Source: an uncultured Gemmatimonadales bacterium (GTDB lineage Bacteria; Gemmatimonadota; Gemmatimonadetes; Gemmatimonadales; GWC2-71-9). From it: DNA of 64,000 nt. The stretch is taken from the NCBI GenBank assembly GCA_963825055.1, contig CAWGSK010000013.1, positions 73,399-137,398 on the forward strand, given 5' to 3'. Made by a program: the position numbers and the translations under genes. The notes under the pieces were generated by a model. That model was not told where the DNA came from. It was given only the letters and a program-made list of their open reading frames with translations, and ran no database searches. Of the stretch, positions 30,916 to 39,764 are shown piece after piece; the first letter of the stretch is position 1; every line of letters begins with the position of its first letter.

Positions 30916-31372
30916 GTCCCGCCTCCCGCTCCATCCGTTCGAGCGTGTCCTCGATCAGGGCACGCAGCTCGATCCCGGTTTCGCGGTACATCTCCAGGTC
31001 GGCGCCGAACGGGTCCAGCACCTCCGCGTCCTCCGTATTCCGCCCGGCATACTCGCCGAGCAGGTGCACGCGATCGCCACCGCCGAGCGCGCGGGCGGCC
31101 TCCGCGTGATGGGGAGACATGGTCAGGATGAGGTCGGCCGACTCGACCAGGCCCTGGTCCAGCGGGCGCGAGCGGTGGGTGGAAAGATCGATCCCCTGCT
31201 CCAGCGCCACGAGATACGACCCCTCCGAGGCAGGCTCGCCGCCCGGGGCACTGGTACCCGCCGAGCTCACGGCAATGCCGACCATGCCACGTTCGGCCAG
31301 CATCGCGCGCATGATGCCTTCGGCGAGCGGGCTGCGGCAGGTGTTGCCGGTGCAGACGAAGAGCACGTGCAT
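30902..31372 (-). CDS. Low-molecular-weight protein tyrosine/arginine phosphatase
   Basis: MHVLFVCTGNTCRSPLAEG CX5R(S) P-loop and a DP motif near the C-terminus. Confidence 0.9.
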   Translation of the reverse strand: MHVLFVCTGNTCRSPLAEGIMRAMLAERGMVGIAVSSAGTSAPGGEPASEGSYLVALEQGIDLSTHRSRPLDQGLVESADLILTMSPHHAEAARALGGGDRVHLLGEYAGRNTEDAEVLDPFGADLEMYRETGIELRALIEDTLERMEREAGRDQG

Positions 31373-31383
31373 GCGCGCAGTCC

Positions 31384-32034
31384 TCAGGGAGCGAGGCGCC
31401 CGACGGCGCGACGGAGTTCTTCACGGGGAATGGCCCCCGCGCGGACGAGTGCCGGGATGCGCGCGGTGCAGTCCACCAGGGTGGATGCAGGAACGTTGCC
31501 GAGGGCACCACCATCCAGCACCAGGAGCTGTCCGCTGTCGACCGCCTCGCGGAACAGCTCCGCCAGGGCCGTCGCCCCGGGAGCCGGCCGGCCCCCCGGG
31601 CGGTTCGCCGAGGTCGAGGTGATCGGGTAGCCCAGCTCGGACACCATCCGCGCGATCCCGGGATGCGAGGTATACCGCACCGCGATGCCGCCCTCGGGAC
31701 CACGCAGCCGGTCGGGCAGCTTCCCTTCCGCGCCGCGAAGCACGAGCGTGAGAGGCCCGGGCCAGAATACGTCGGCCATCGCCGCGGCCGATGGCGTAAA
31801 CACGAGGCCGTGCTCCTCCGCCATCCGCCTGCTCGACACGAGGAGCAGGAAGGGTTTCCCCTTCGGCCGGCCCTTGAGTTCGGCGAGCGCGCTGGTGCCG
31901 GCATCGTCAGCGGAGCTGCCGAGCCCGTAGACCGTCTCCGTGGGGTAGCCCAGCAGGCCGCCGGACCGGAGATGCCGGTCCACCCCGGGAATGGCGGCGG
32001 TCACGTCCTCCGGCGTCACGAACGGGAGGATCAT
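31384..32034 (-). CDS. tsaC: L-threonylcarbamoyladenylate synthase (TsaC/YwlC/Sua5 family)
   Basis: GYPTETVYGLG...KGRPKGKPFLLLV...ITSTSANRPG motifs. The ATG at 32034 overlaps the ispD stop by 4 bp. Confidence 0.88.
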   Translation of the reverse strand: MILPFVTPEDVTAAIPGVDRHLRSGGLLGYPTETVYGLGSSADDAGTSALAELKGRPKGKPFLLLVSSRRMAEEHGLVFTPSAAAMADVFWPGPLTLVLRGAEGKLPDRLRGPEGGIAVRYTSHPGIARMVSELGYPITSTSANRPGGRPAPGATALAELFREAVDSGQLLVLDGGALGNVPASTLVDCTARIPALVRAGAIPREELRRAVGRLAP

Positions 32035-32711
32035 GTCGCCACCCCGAGCAGGGCCTCGGCGATGGCGAGGTCGTCCGGCGACGTGATCTTGAGGTTCCGC
32101 GGGGAGTCCGGCACGATGTGCACCGGCCGGCCGAGGCGCTCGACCAGTTCGGCATCGTCGGTGGGGGGGCCGGAGCCATCGTCCCGGGCGGCGTGCGCCG
32201 CCTCCAGCGTATCCCGGAGGAATCCCTGCGGGGTCTGGGCGCGCCAGAGTCCGCGACGCGAGACGGTCTCCGCAATCCGGCGGCCATCGCTCCGGTCGTC
32301 CACCCGCTTGAGCGTGTCGGCGAGGGGGATGGCGGCAATGGCGGCGCCGTGGGCCCGCGCCGCATCGATCACGCGGTCGATGGTGCCGTGATCGACCAGC
32401 GGGCGGGCGCCGTCGTGCACCAGCACCACGCGACAGGCACCGGAGAGCGCGCTGAGTCCGGCAGCCACCGAGTCGGCGCGCTCCTCCCCGCCAGGTACCA
32501 GGGTAAGCGTGCCGGCACGAAGCTCTGCGAGCCACGAAGGCGGTGCCGCGATGGCATCGGACGGGAGAACGACGACCGTCTCCACCACGTCCGCGTGCGC
32601 GACAAACGGCCGCAGCGCGCGCAGGAGCACCGGTACGCCACCGAGCAGGAGGAATTGCTTCGGCATCTCCTCCCCCATACGCCGTCCGCGACCGCCGGCG
32701 ACCATGATCAC
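32031..32711 (-). CDS. ispD: 2-C-methyl-D-erythritol 4-phosphate cytidylyltransferase
   Basis: VAGGRGRRMG...PKQFL...VLVHDGARP...TPQGF motifs. Start is GTG 32711 or ATG 32705. Confidence 0.88.
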   Translation of the reverse strand: MIMVAGGRGRRMGEEMPKQFLLLGGVPVLLRALRPFVAHADVVETVVVLPSDAIAAPPSWLAELRAGTLTLVPGGEERADSVAAGLSALSGACRVVLVHDGARPLVDHGTIDRVIDAARAHGAAIAAIPLADTLKRVDDRSDGRRIAETVSRRGLWRAQTPQGFLRDTLEAAHAARDDGSGPPTDDAELVERLGRPVHIVPDSPRNLKITSPDDLAIAEALLGVAT

Positions 32712-32718
32712 CCCGACG

Positions 32719-34074
32719 TCACGCGGCAAGCGACCGCACCAGCTCGTCCACCCGGCCAAGCCCGATGAGTTCGATGCCGCCCGTCTGGGTACTGCTCCGG
32801 TCCGAGACGTACACGCGGCGGAATCCGAGGCGCGCCGCCTCGGCGAGTCGACGGTCGAGCCCCGCGATCGGCCGCACCTCACCACCCAGGCCGATCTCGC
32901 CCAGGAAAAGCGCGTCCACCGGGGCGGCGCGGTCCTGCAGGCTGGACACCAGGGCCGCGGCCACGGCAAGATCGGCACCCGGCTCGGTGATGCGCACGCC
33001 CGCGCTGGCCTGCACGAAGACGTCCAGCGCGCTGAATGACATGTTCGCGCGCCGCTCCAGCACCGCGAGGAGCACGGCAAGCCGTTTCTGGTCGAGCCCG
33101 GTCGCCACGCGCTGCGGCGTGCCGTATCCGGAGTGCGCGGCCAGGGCCTGGATCTCCACCAGCACCGGGCGGGTGCCTTCCATGAGGGCCGTGACGGCGC
33201 TGCCGCTGATGCCGGGGGCGCGCGCGCCCAGGAAGAGCGCGCTTGGGTTGGCCACCGGAACGAGACCCTGCTGCCCCATCGCGAACACGCCGAGCTCGTC
33301 CACGCTGCCGAAGCGGTTCTTGGTGGCGCGGAGCAGGCGGTAGTCGTGACCGCCCTCGCCCTCGAAGTAGAGCACCGTGTCCACGATGTGCTCGAGCGTC
33401 TTCGGACCCGCGATCCCGCCGCCCTTGGTCACGTGCCCGACTGTCACGACCGCGGTGCCGGTCTCCTTGGCGAAGCGCATGAGGCGGGCGGCACACTCCC
33501 GTACCTGGCCCACGTTGCCGGGGGCGCCCTCGAGCGTCTCGGTGTAGACGGTCTGGATGGAGTCGAGCACGAGCACGTCGGCGGGGAGCTGGGCCGCGGC
33601 ATCCAGGATGGCCTCGAGACGGGTCTCGCCCATCACGTGCACGGCGCCCGCGTCCTCGGCGAGGCGCGCGCCGCGCAGGCGCAGCTGGTCGGGCGACTCC
33701 TCCCCGCTGGCATAGAGCATCCGGCGGCCGGCGGCCTCCAGCCGCGCCGAGGTCTGAAGCAGCAGCGTGGACTTGCCGATGCCAGGTTCGCCGCCCACCA
33801 GGATCATCGAGCCGGGCACGATCCCGCCGCCGAGGACGAAGTCGAATTCGTCCAACCCGGTCTTCCACCGCTCGAGTGCCGGCTCGGCGATGTCCCGCAG
33901 CCGGTTGACCGGGGCGCCCTCACGCCCGCGCGAGGCCCGGCGCGCCGGCTGCAGTGCCAGCGGCTCCTCGGCCACGGTGTTCCAGGCCCCGCATCCTTCG
34001 CAGCGGCCGGCCCACTTGGGATGGTCATGGCCGCACTCCGTGCACCGGTAGACCGAGCGGGCCCGTGCCATCAC
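32719..34074 (-). CDS. radA: DNA repair protein RadA
   Basis: Zn-ribbon CTECGHDHPKWAGRCEGCGAW, Walker A GGEPGIGKST, KNRFG motif, Lon-like C-terminus. Confidence 0.95.
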   Translation of the reverse strand: MMARARSVYRCTECGHDHPKWAGRCEGCGAWNTVAEEPLALQPARRASRGREGAPVNRLRDIAEPALERWKTGLDEFDFVLGGGIVPGSMILVGGEPGIGKSTLLLQTSARLEAAGRRMLYASGEESPDQLRLRGARLAEDAGAVHVMGETRLEAILDAAAQLPADVLVLDSIQTVYTETLEGAPGNVGQVRECAARLMRFAKETGTAVVTVGHVTKGGGIAGPKTLEHIVDTVLYFEGEGGHDYRLLRATKNRFGSVDELGVFAMGQQGLVPVANPSALFLGARAPGISGSAVTALMEGTRPVLVEIQALAAHSGYGTPQRVATGLDQKRLAVLLAVLERRANMSFSALDVFVQASAGVRITEPGADLAVAAALVSSLQDRAAPVDALFLGEIGLGGEVRPIAGLDRRLAEAARLGFRRVYVSDRSSTQTGGIELIGLGRVDELVRSLAA

Positions 34075-35459
34075 TCCTCCGCCCGGTCGGTGAAGTTGTC
34101 GAACCGGGTGAACGCCTTGTGGAAGAAAAGCTCGACCGTGCCGGTGGGCCCGTTCCGCTGCTTGCTGATAATCACCTCTGCCTTCCCCTCAAGGCCTTCC
34201 TGCCGGACCTCCTCAGGGGGCTTGTACATCTCGGGCCGGTGAATGAAGAGCACGAGGTCCGCGTCCTGCTCGATCGCGCCGGAGTCGCGCAGGTCGGAGA
34301 GGATCGGCCGCCGGTCGCCCCCGCGCTGCTCCGTCGCGCGGGACAGCTGGGAGAGCGCGACCACGGGCAACGCGAGCTCCCGCGCGAGCGCCTTGAGGCT
34401 CCGGGAGATCTCGGAGATCTCCTGCACCCGGTTCTCCGCCTTCTCCGGGCTCCGCATCAGCTGGAGGTAGTCCACGATCACGAGGCCGATGTCATTCTGC
34501 GCCCGCAGGCGCCGTGCCTTGGATCGCATCTCGAGCAGCGTGAGCGCCGGCGTGTCATCGATCCAGATGGGACAGCGGTGCAGGATGCCCGCGGCGCGCG
34601 CGAGGTTGGTGAAGTCGCTGTCCCGCAGGCCGCCCCGGCGCACCTTCTGGCCGTCCACCCGCGCCTCGGAGGCGAGGAGCCGCTGCACCAGGCTTTCCTT
34701 GGACATTTCGAGGCTGAAGAGGGCGACACCGAGGTCGGCCTCGATGGCCGCGTGCGCGGCCACGTTGAGGCAGAATGCGGTCTTGCCCATGGACGGACGC
34801 GCGGCAACGATGATCAGTTCGGACTTCTGGAACCCGGACGTCATTTCATCCAAGTCTACAAAACCGGTCGGGACGCCCGTGACCGTTTTCCCGCTCTTCT
34901 GGAGCGTTTCGATGCGCTCGATCGTATCCGAAAGCATCTCCTTGATCCGGGTGAAGCCCTGCTCGTGCCGCGTCTCCGCAATCTGGAACACGCGCGATTC
35001 GGCCACGTCCAGCAGCTCGTTGGCCGTGCTGCGCTGTGCGTACGCCTCGCCGATGATATTGGTGGCGGTCTCGATCAGCCGGCGCACGACAGCCTTGTCG
35101 CGGATGATCTTGGCGTGCGCCTCGAGGTGTGCCGTGGACGTGACGGCGTCCATGATCTCGGCCAGGTACTCCACGCCGCCCGCGTGGTCCAGCTCGCCCT
35201 GGCGCTGCAACTCGTCCCGCAGCGTGACCGGGTCGATCACGACGCTCTGCTGCACCAGCCGGGACATGGCGCGGAACAGCCGCCGGTGCCCCTCGTGGTA
35301 GAACATGCTCTGGTCGAGCAGTTCCGCCGCGCGAAGCGCCGCGTTCTGGTCCAGCATCATCGCCCCGAGGACCGCCTGTTCCGCGGCGTTGTCCCAGGGG
35401 GGCGTGCGGCCCGGGAGGCTGTCAGGCCTCGAGGAGCTGACGGGCGATACGGACGTCAT
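34071..35459 (-). CDS. dnaB: Replicative DNA helicase DnaB
   Basis: PPWDNAAEQAVLGAM..., Walker A AARPSMGKTAF, IVDYLQLM, SQLSR motifs. Confidence 0.95.
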   Translation of the reverse strand: MTSVSPVSSSRPDSLPGRTPPWDNAAEQAVLGAMMLDQNAALRAAELLDQSMFYHEGHRRLFRAMSRLVQQSVVIDPVTLRDELQRQGELDHAGGVEYLAEIMDAVTSTAHLEAHAKIIRDKAVVRRLIETATNIIGEAYAQRSTANELLDVAESRVFQIAETRHEQGFTRIKEMLSDTIERIETLQKSGKTVTGVPTGFVDLDEMTSGFQKSELIIVAARPSMGKTAFCLNVAAHAAIEADLGVALFSLEMSKESLVQRLLASEARVDGQKVRRGGLRDSDFTNLARAAGILHRCPIWIDDTPALTLLEMRSKARRLRAQNDIGLVIVDYLQLMRSPEKAENRVQEISEISRSLKALARELALPVVALSQLSRATEQRGGDRRPILSDLRDSGAIEQDADLVLFIHRPEMYKPPEEVRQEGLEGKAEVIISKQRNGPTGTVELFFHKAFTRFDNFTDRAEE

Positions 35460-36234
35460 CCCAGGTGGGCTTCTTCCAGTGCGGGTTGCGAAGGAGGGCC
35501 GCCGGATGGTAGGTGACCACCAGCGGTATGGCCCCGTAATGGTGAACCTTGCCCCGGAGCTTGCCGAGCGAGGTGTTGATGCTCAAGAGGTGCCGGGCCG
35601 CCACCGACCCGAGCGCGACCAGCACCTTCGGCCGGACCAGCGCGACCTGGCGGTGCAGGTACGCCAGGCAGGTCGAGGCTTCCTCGGGCAGGGGGTTCCG
35701 GTTCCGGGGAGGGCGGCATTTGACGATGTTCGCGATGTAGACTGACTCGCGCGGGAGGTCGATCGAGAGCAGGATCCGGTCGAGCAGCTCGCCGGCGCGG
35801 CCCACGAACGGCCGCCCGGTCTCGTCCTCGGTCTGGCCGGGCCCCTCGCCCACGAGCATGAGGTCCGCCTCGGGGTCGCCCTCGCCGGGCACCGCGTTGG
35901 TCCGGGTGCGGCCCAGGGGACAGAGACCGCACTGCCGCACCATGTTGCCCAGTGCCTCGAGCGAGTCGAGGGCGGCGACGGCCGCGGGAAGGGCCGGGGG
36001 CGGCTCCACCCGGATGCCGTCGCCCGGAATGGGCGGAGCCCCCTCGCGCCAGGCGCTGCCGTCCACCTTCGCCGCAGGGCCCGCCTCCCGCGACGCCGCC
36101 GCGCGAGTCGCGGGGGTGGCACCGGGTTCCCGGAGCACCAGCTCCGCGCCACCCAGTTCCACCTGCTGGCGGAGGTATCGTCGCAGGCTATCGGTCAAGG
36201 CGTTCCTCGATAAGGTCGAACAGGACCCCGGCAA
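35422..36234 (-). CDS. Uracil-DNA glycosylase, family 4
   Basis: VPGEGDPEADLMLVGEGPG...GRPFVG...NIVKCRPP...HP motifs. Start is uncertain (alternative TTG at 36198). Confidence 0.85.
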   Translation of the reverse strand: MPGSCSTLSRNALTDSLRRYLRQQVELGGAELVLREPGATPATRAAASREAGPAAKVDGSAWREGAPPIPGDGIRVEPPPALPAAVAALDSLEALGNMVRQCGLCPLGRTRTNAVPGEGDPEADLMLVGEGPGQTEDETGRPFVGRAGELLDRILLSIDLPRESVYIANIVKCRPPRNRNPLPEEASTCLAYLHRQVALVRPKVLVALGSVAARHLLSINTSLGKLRGKVHHYGAIPLVVTYHPAALLRNPHWKKPTWDDVRIARQLLEA

Positions 36235-37387
36235 CGTCCCGCTTCGACTGCAGCGGAAGGTCGCGCTCGCTCCCGTCGGGAAACAGGACGGTTACACGGT
36301 TCGTGTCGCCCTCGAAGCCCGCCCCCGGCTCCAGGGCATCATTGAAGACGATGAGGTCGAGCGACTTCTTCCTGAGCTTCTCCCGGGCCCGTTCCAGGCC
36401 GCCGCCGGTCTCCAGGGCAAAGCCCGCGGTGAACGCGCCCGCTTTCCGCCGGTCCCGGGTCATCTGCAAGATATCAGGGGTGGGGCCGAGCGTGAGGCTG
36501 AGGTCTCCGGCGGCGCGGGGCTGCTTGGCGGCGGCGGGATTGACCGGCCGGTAGTCGGCAGGCGCGGCTGCCATGACCGTCACATCCGCCGACCCGATCG
36601 CGGCCGCCACCGCGTGTGCCATCTCCTCCGTCGTCTCCACCCGGACCAGCTCGACCCCGACGGGCGGCGTCAGTTCCACGGGGCCGCTCACCAGTACCAC
36701 GTCGGCGCCACGCCGCCAGGCTTCCTCAGCCAGCGCATAGCCCATCCGCCCGCTGGAGCGATTGGTGAAGATCCGGACCGGGTCCATCGCCTCGCGGGTC
36801 GGGCCGGCGGTGACCAGCACCCGCCGGCCCGCCAGGGCCCCCGGCGTTGTCATGAGCCGCGCCGCGTGCGCCAGGATCGTCCCGGGCTCGCTCATCCGGC
36901 CGGGCCGTTCCGAGGGCCCTTCGGCGAGCGCCCCGACCTCGGGCCCCACCACCGCCATGCCCAGCTGCCCAAGCCGTCGCAGGTTGGCCTGGGTGGCGGG
37001 GTGTGCGAACATGTCGTCATTCATGGCCGGGGCCAGGAGGACCGGGGCAGTCCGGGCGAGCAGGAGCGTCGTAAGGAAATCGTCGGCCAGGCCCTGGGCC
37101 GCGCGCGCCAGGAGGTGCGCGGTCGCGGGGGCGACGATAATCAGGTCAGGGTCGCGGGCGAGGCGGATGTGGTCGAGGGCGCGCCCGGGGCTCCAGAGGG
37201 AATCGGCTACCGGCCGACCCGTCAGGGCCTCGAACGTGAGGGGCCGCACGAACTCGGCGGCCCCACGGGTAAGGATGACGTCCACGCGCGCCCCGGCCTC
37301 CGTAAGCCGGCGGGCGAGATGGCAACTCTTGTAGCTCGCGATCCCGCCCGACACGCCGAGGACGACGTGGCGGCCGGCCCAGGTCAC
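36188..37387 (-). CDS. coaBC: Bifunctional phosphopantothenoylcysteine decarboxylase / phosphopantothenate-cysteine ligase
   Basis: GVSGGIASYK, PAMNDDM, TAGPTREAMDPVRIFTNRSSGRMG motifs. Confidence 0.93.
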   Translation of the reverse strand: MTWAGRHVVLGVSGGIASYKSCHLARRLTEAGARVDVILTRGAAEFVRPLTFEALTGRPVADSLWSPGRALDHIRLARDPDLIIVAPATAHLLARAAQGLADDFLTTLLLARTAPVLLAPAMNDDMFAHPATQANLRRLGQLGMAVVGPEVGALAEGPSERPGRMSEPGTILAHAARLMTTPGALAGRRVLVTAGPTREAMDPVRIFTNRSSGRMGYALAEEAWRRGADVVLVSGPVELTPPVGVELVRVETTEEMAHAVAAAIGSADVTVMAAAPADYRPVNPAAAKQPRAAGDLSLTLGPTPDILQMTRDRRKAGAFTAGFALETGGGLERAREKLRKKSLDLIVFNDALEPGAGFEGDTNRVTVLFPDGSERDLPLQSKRDVAGVLFDLIEERLDR

Positions 37388-37590
37388 GCGTCCGTGCGCC
37401 GCCGCCGGATCAGCTTGTACGACAGATCGCCGGAGCAGAGCGCGTCCAGCGCGGTCGTGGTGAGCTTCTCCTCTGCCGCGTGGTCGTGGGGCAGCTCGTT
37501 CAGGTACCGGGCAAACCGGCCGGCAACCAGAACCGCGAGATACTTGTTGCCCGCCTCCTCGGCGGCTTCCATGGGCGTGTAGATGTGCAT
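37384..37590 (-). CDS. rpoZ: DNA-directed RNA polymerase subunit omega
   Basis: 68 aa; NKYLAVLVAGRFARYL core; position between gmk and coaBC is typical. Confidence 0.8.
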   Translation of the reverse strand: MHIYTPMEAAEEAGNKYLAVLVAGRFARYLNELPHDHAAEEKLTTTALDALCSGDLSYKLIRRRRTDA

Positions 37591-37620
37591 GACTTCTCCC
37601 TCAGGGTGAACCGCCGTCGT

Positions 37621-38265
37621 TCAGGACGCCGGCAGGTGCTCCAGTTCCGTCTCCACTTCCTCGCGCAGCCGCGCGAGCGAAGCGGCCAGGTGCCGCTGCC
37701 GTGACGTCCGGAACGCCTCGGCGTCGATGATGGCGCCGGCGTGGGCGACGGCCAGCGTCAGGTCCTCGTTCACGAGCGTGTAGTCGTAGGCCATGGCCTC
37801 GGCCAGCTCCTCCCCGGCCCGCGCCAGTCGGCGGCGTACGGTCCCGGGGTGCTCGGTGTTCCGCGACAGCAACCGCCGCGCCAGTACCTTGCCCGTCGGC
37901 GGCAGCACGAAGATCCGCACGGCATCGGGATACTGCTCGCGCACCTGCCGCGCCCCGTGGATCTCGATGTCCAGGATCGGGTGATGCCCGCTTTCCATCA
38001 CCCGGTCCAGCTCACTCCGCAGCGTGCCATAGAGGTGGCCGCCGTAGTCGGCCCACTCCACGAACTCTCCCGCGTCGCGACGACGCTCGAAGGCGTCCCG
38101 GTCCAGGAAGAAGTAGTCCCGGCCGTCCTGCTCGTACTCGCGGCGCGGCCGCGTCGTGGCGGAGACCGAGTACCCGAGGTCGCTGCGAACCTCCAGCAGT
38201 CGCCGGGCGATCGAGGTCTTGCCCCCGCCTGACGGGGAGGAGAGCACGACCAGGAACGGGCTCAC
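37621..38265 (-). CDS. gmk: Guanylate kinase
   Basis: LSSPSGGGKTS P-loop and SATTRPRREYEQDGRDYFF. The GTG start overlaps the yicC TGA (GTGA). The 559-aa track ORF is an over-extension. Confidence 0.9.
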   Translation of the reverse strand: MSPFLVVLSSPSGGGKTSIARRLLEVRSDLGYSVSATTRPRREYEQDGRDYFFLDRDAFERRRDAGEFVEWADYGGHLYGTLRSELDRVMESGHHPILDIEIHGARQVREQYPDAVRIFVLPPTGKVLARRLLSRNTEHPGTVRRRLARAGEELAEAMAYDYTLVNEDLTLAVAHAGAIIDAEAFRTSRQRHLAASLARLREEVETELEHLPAS

Positions 38266-39122
38266 TCCAGGTTTTCCAGCTGTTCCCGGAATTTTTCCAG
38301 TTCCCCTTTCATGACGATCACCTGGGCGGTGATACCGGCGTCGTTCGCCTTGGACCCCATCGTGTTCACCTCGCGCCCCATCTCCTGCGCCAGGAACCCG
38401 AGCTGCTTGCCGACCGGCCCCTTCCCCGCCAGGGCTTCCCGTGCCGCCGAGATGTGCGCGCCGAAGCGGACCAGTTCCTCGGTGATGTCCAGCTTGTCGG
38501 CCAGGAACGCGATCTCCTGTGCCACCCGGGTCTCGTCCGGACTCGCGCCATCCAGCAGTTCGCTCACCGCGGTGCGGAGCCGGTCCCGTTCGCGCACCAC
38601 GCGATCCGGCGCCAGCCGCGCAATTTCCCCGGCCGCGCTCTCCAGCAGGTCCAGGCGCAGCCGAAGCTCCCCGGCCAGGGCGGCACCCTCCCGCTCCCGC
38701 ATCGCCTGACAGCCTGCCGCCGCCTCGCGCGCGGCCGGCTCCACGGCCTCCCAGGACACCTCGGGCGCTTCGGTCGGCGGCCCGGCCATCTCGGATTGCC
38801 GAAGGACCAGGGAAAGGTCGATGTCCCCGTCCAGCCGCAGCGCCTGCCGCAGTTCCCGGAGCCGGGCCACCACCGGGCGGGCACGCTCCACGTCCATGCC
38901 CATCGCCACCCCGGTCTCCGGTGTCGAGGCCCAACGCCCCGAGACCGCGATATGGCCCCGCTCGAAGGCCCCCTTCAGGAACTCCCGGAACGGCGCCTCG
39001 AGGGCAGCCAGGTCCTGCGGGAGCTTGAGGGACAGGTTGAAGTACCGGTGGTTGACGGTCCGTATCTCGATCCGGATCCGCCCCCCGGCCACTTCCGCCT
39101 CCCCGGCCCCGAAGCCGGTCAT
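38262..39122 (-). CDS. yicC: YicC-family stress-induced protein
   Basis: MTGFG...IEIRTVNHRYF...EIAFLADKLDITEELVR...QEMGREVNTMGSKAND...K..LEKFREQLENLE is characteristic. Confidence 0.9.
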   Translation of the reverse strand: MTGFGAGEAEVAGGRIRIEIRTVNHRYFNLSLKLPQDLAALEAPFREFLKGAFERGHIAVSGRWASTPETGVAMGMDVERARPVVARLRELRQALRLDGDIDLSLVLRQSEMAGPPTEAPEVSWEAVEPAAREAAAGCQAMREREGAALAGELRLRLDLLESAAGEIARLAPDRVVRERDRLRTAVSELLDGASPDETRVAQEIAFLADKLDITEELVRFGAHISAAREALAGKGPVGKQLGFLAQEMGREVNTMGSKANDAGITAQVIVMKGELEKFREQLENLE

Positions 39123-39201
39123 GCTGGTGGGCAGAATCCCTCCATCCAGAAGTAGCCGTGGAAGTTAGCTGGCTTGGGGGGTGGGAGCAAATGGGAGATG
39201 G

Positions 39202-39238
39202 GTGACTAGTGACTAGTGACTGGTGACTAGTGACTAGT
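39202..39238. repeat. (GTGACTA)x5 heptamer array, left arm
   Basis: Read directly. It is the inverted counterpart of the array at 39730..39764. Confidence 0.9.
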
Positions 39239-39333
39239 GCTTGAGTAGAGCGGGTCTGGTCAATATTCACTATTTGACACGACTCGCACCAAAAGGCCAC
39301 GCCTGCGCTGCCCGGTTGGAACTATCCTCGACA

Positions 39334-39735
39334 ATGGTGCTGAAGCGAGTCAGGGACTTCCGGGATCTCGTTGTCTGGGACAGGTCCGTGGACTTTGCCG
39401 TCGCATGCTATCAGGCGACCCGGGGTTTCCCTCCGGAGGAAAGGTTTGGTCTCGTGGGGCAGATCAGGAGGTCAACGGCATCCGTGGCGGCGAATATCGC
39501 CGAGGGTTCGGGGAGGAGGACCACACGCGAACTCATCAACGCGCTGGGCATAGCCAATGGAGAATTGAAGGAAGCGGAGTCCCACCTGGAGATCGCCTGG
39601 CGGTTGGGGTATCTGGACAAAGCGCGTCTCGGACAGCTGCGGGAGATGGCCAGGGAAATCGGCAGGATGCTCACCGCACTTCGCCGTTCCCTCAATGGAC
39701 GCTGCGGTCGCCAGTCCCACGTCACCGGCCACTAG
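39334..39735 (+). CDS. Four-helix-bundle protein (TIGR02436-type, formerly 23S rRNA intervening-sequence protein)
   Basis: 133 aa; FRDLVVWDRSVDFAVACYQATRGFPPEERFGLVGQIRRSTASVAANIAEGSGRRTTRELINALGIANGELKEAESHL is the family signature. It is the only plus-strand gene in a 25-kb minus-strand stretch. Confidence 0.85.
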   Translation: MVLKRVRDFRDLVVWDRSVDFAVACYQATRGFPPEERFGLVGQIRRSTASVAANIAEGSGRRTTRELINALGIANGELKEAESHLEIAWRLGYLDKARLGQLREMAREIGRMLTALRRSLNGRCGRQSHVTGH

Positions 39736-39764
39736 TCACTAGTCACTAGTCACTAGTCACTAGT
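39730..39764. repeat. (CACTAGT)x5 heptamer array, right arm (reverse complement of the left arm)
   Basis: Read directly. It starts within the last two codons of the four-helix-bundle gene and runs through its stop codon. Confidence 0.9.

Noticed and set aside
37621-39300. A 559-aa ORF (and the over-long ORFs 31384..32535, 32031..33080, 29394..30698, 27169..28653 and 7999..9237).
   Set aside because: The N-terminal extensions read out-of-frame through the upstream gene. The family-typical sequence begins at an internal ATG or GTG next to the upstream stop, so I trimmed the starts accordingly.
39241-39333. A promoter (TTGACA at about 39273) for the four-helix-bundle gene.
   Set aside because: No acceptable -10 hexamer lies at 16-18 bp spacing, and the sigma-70 consensus for this organism is unknown.
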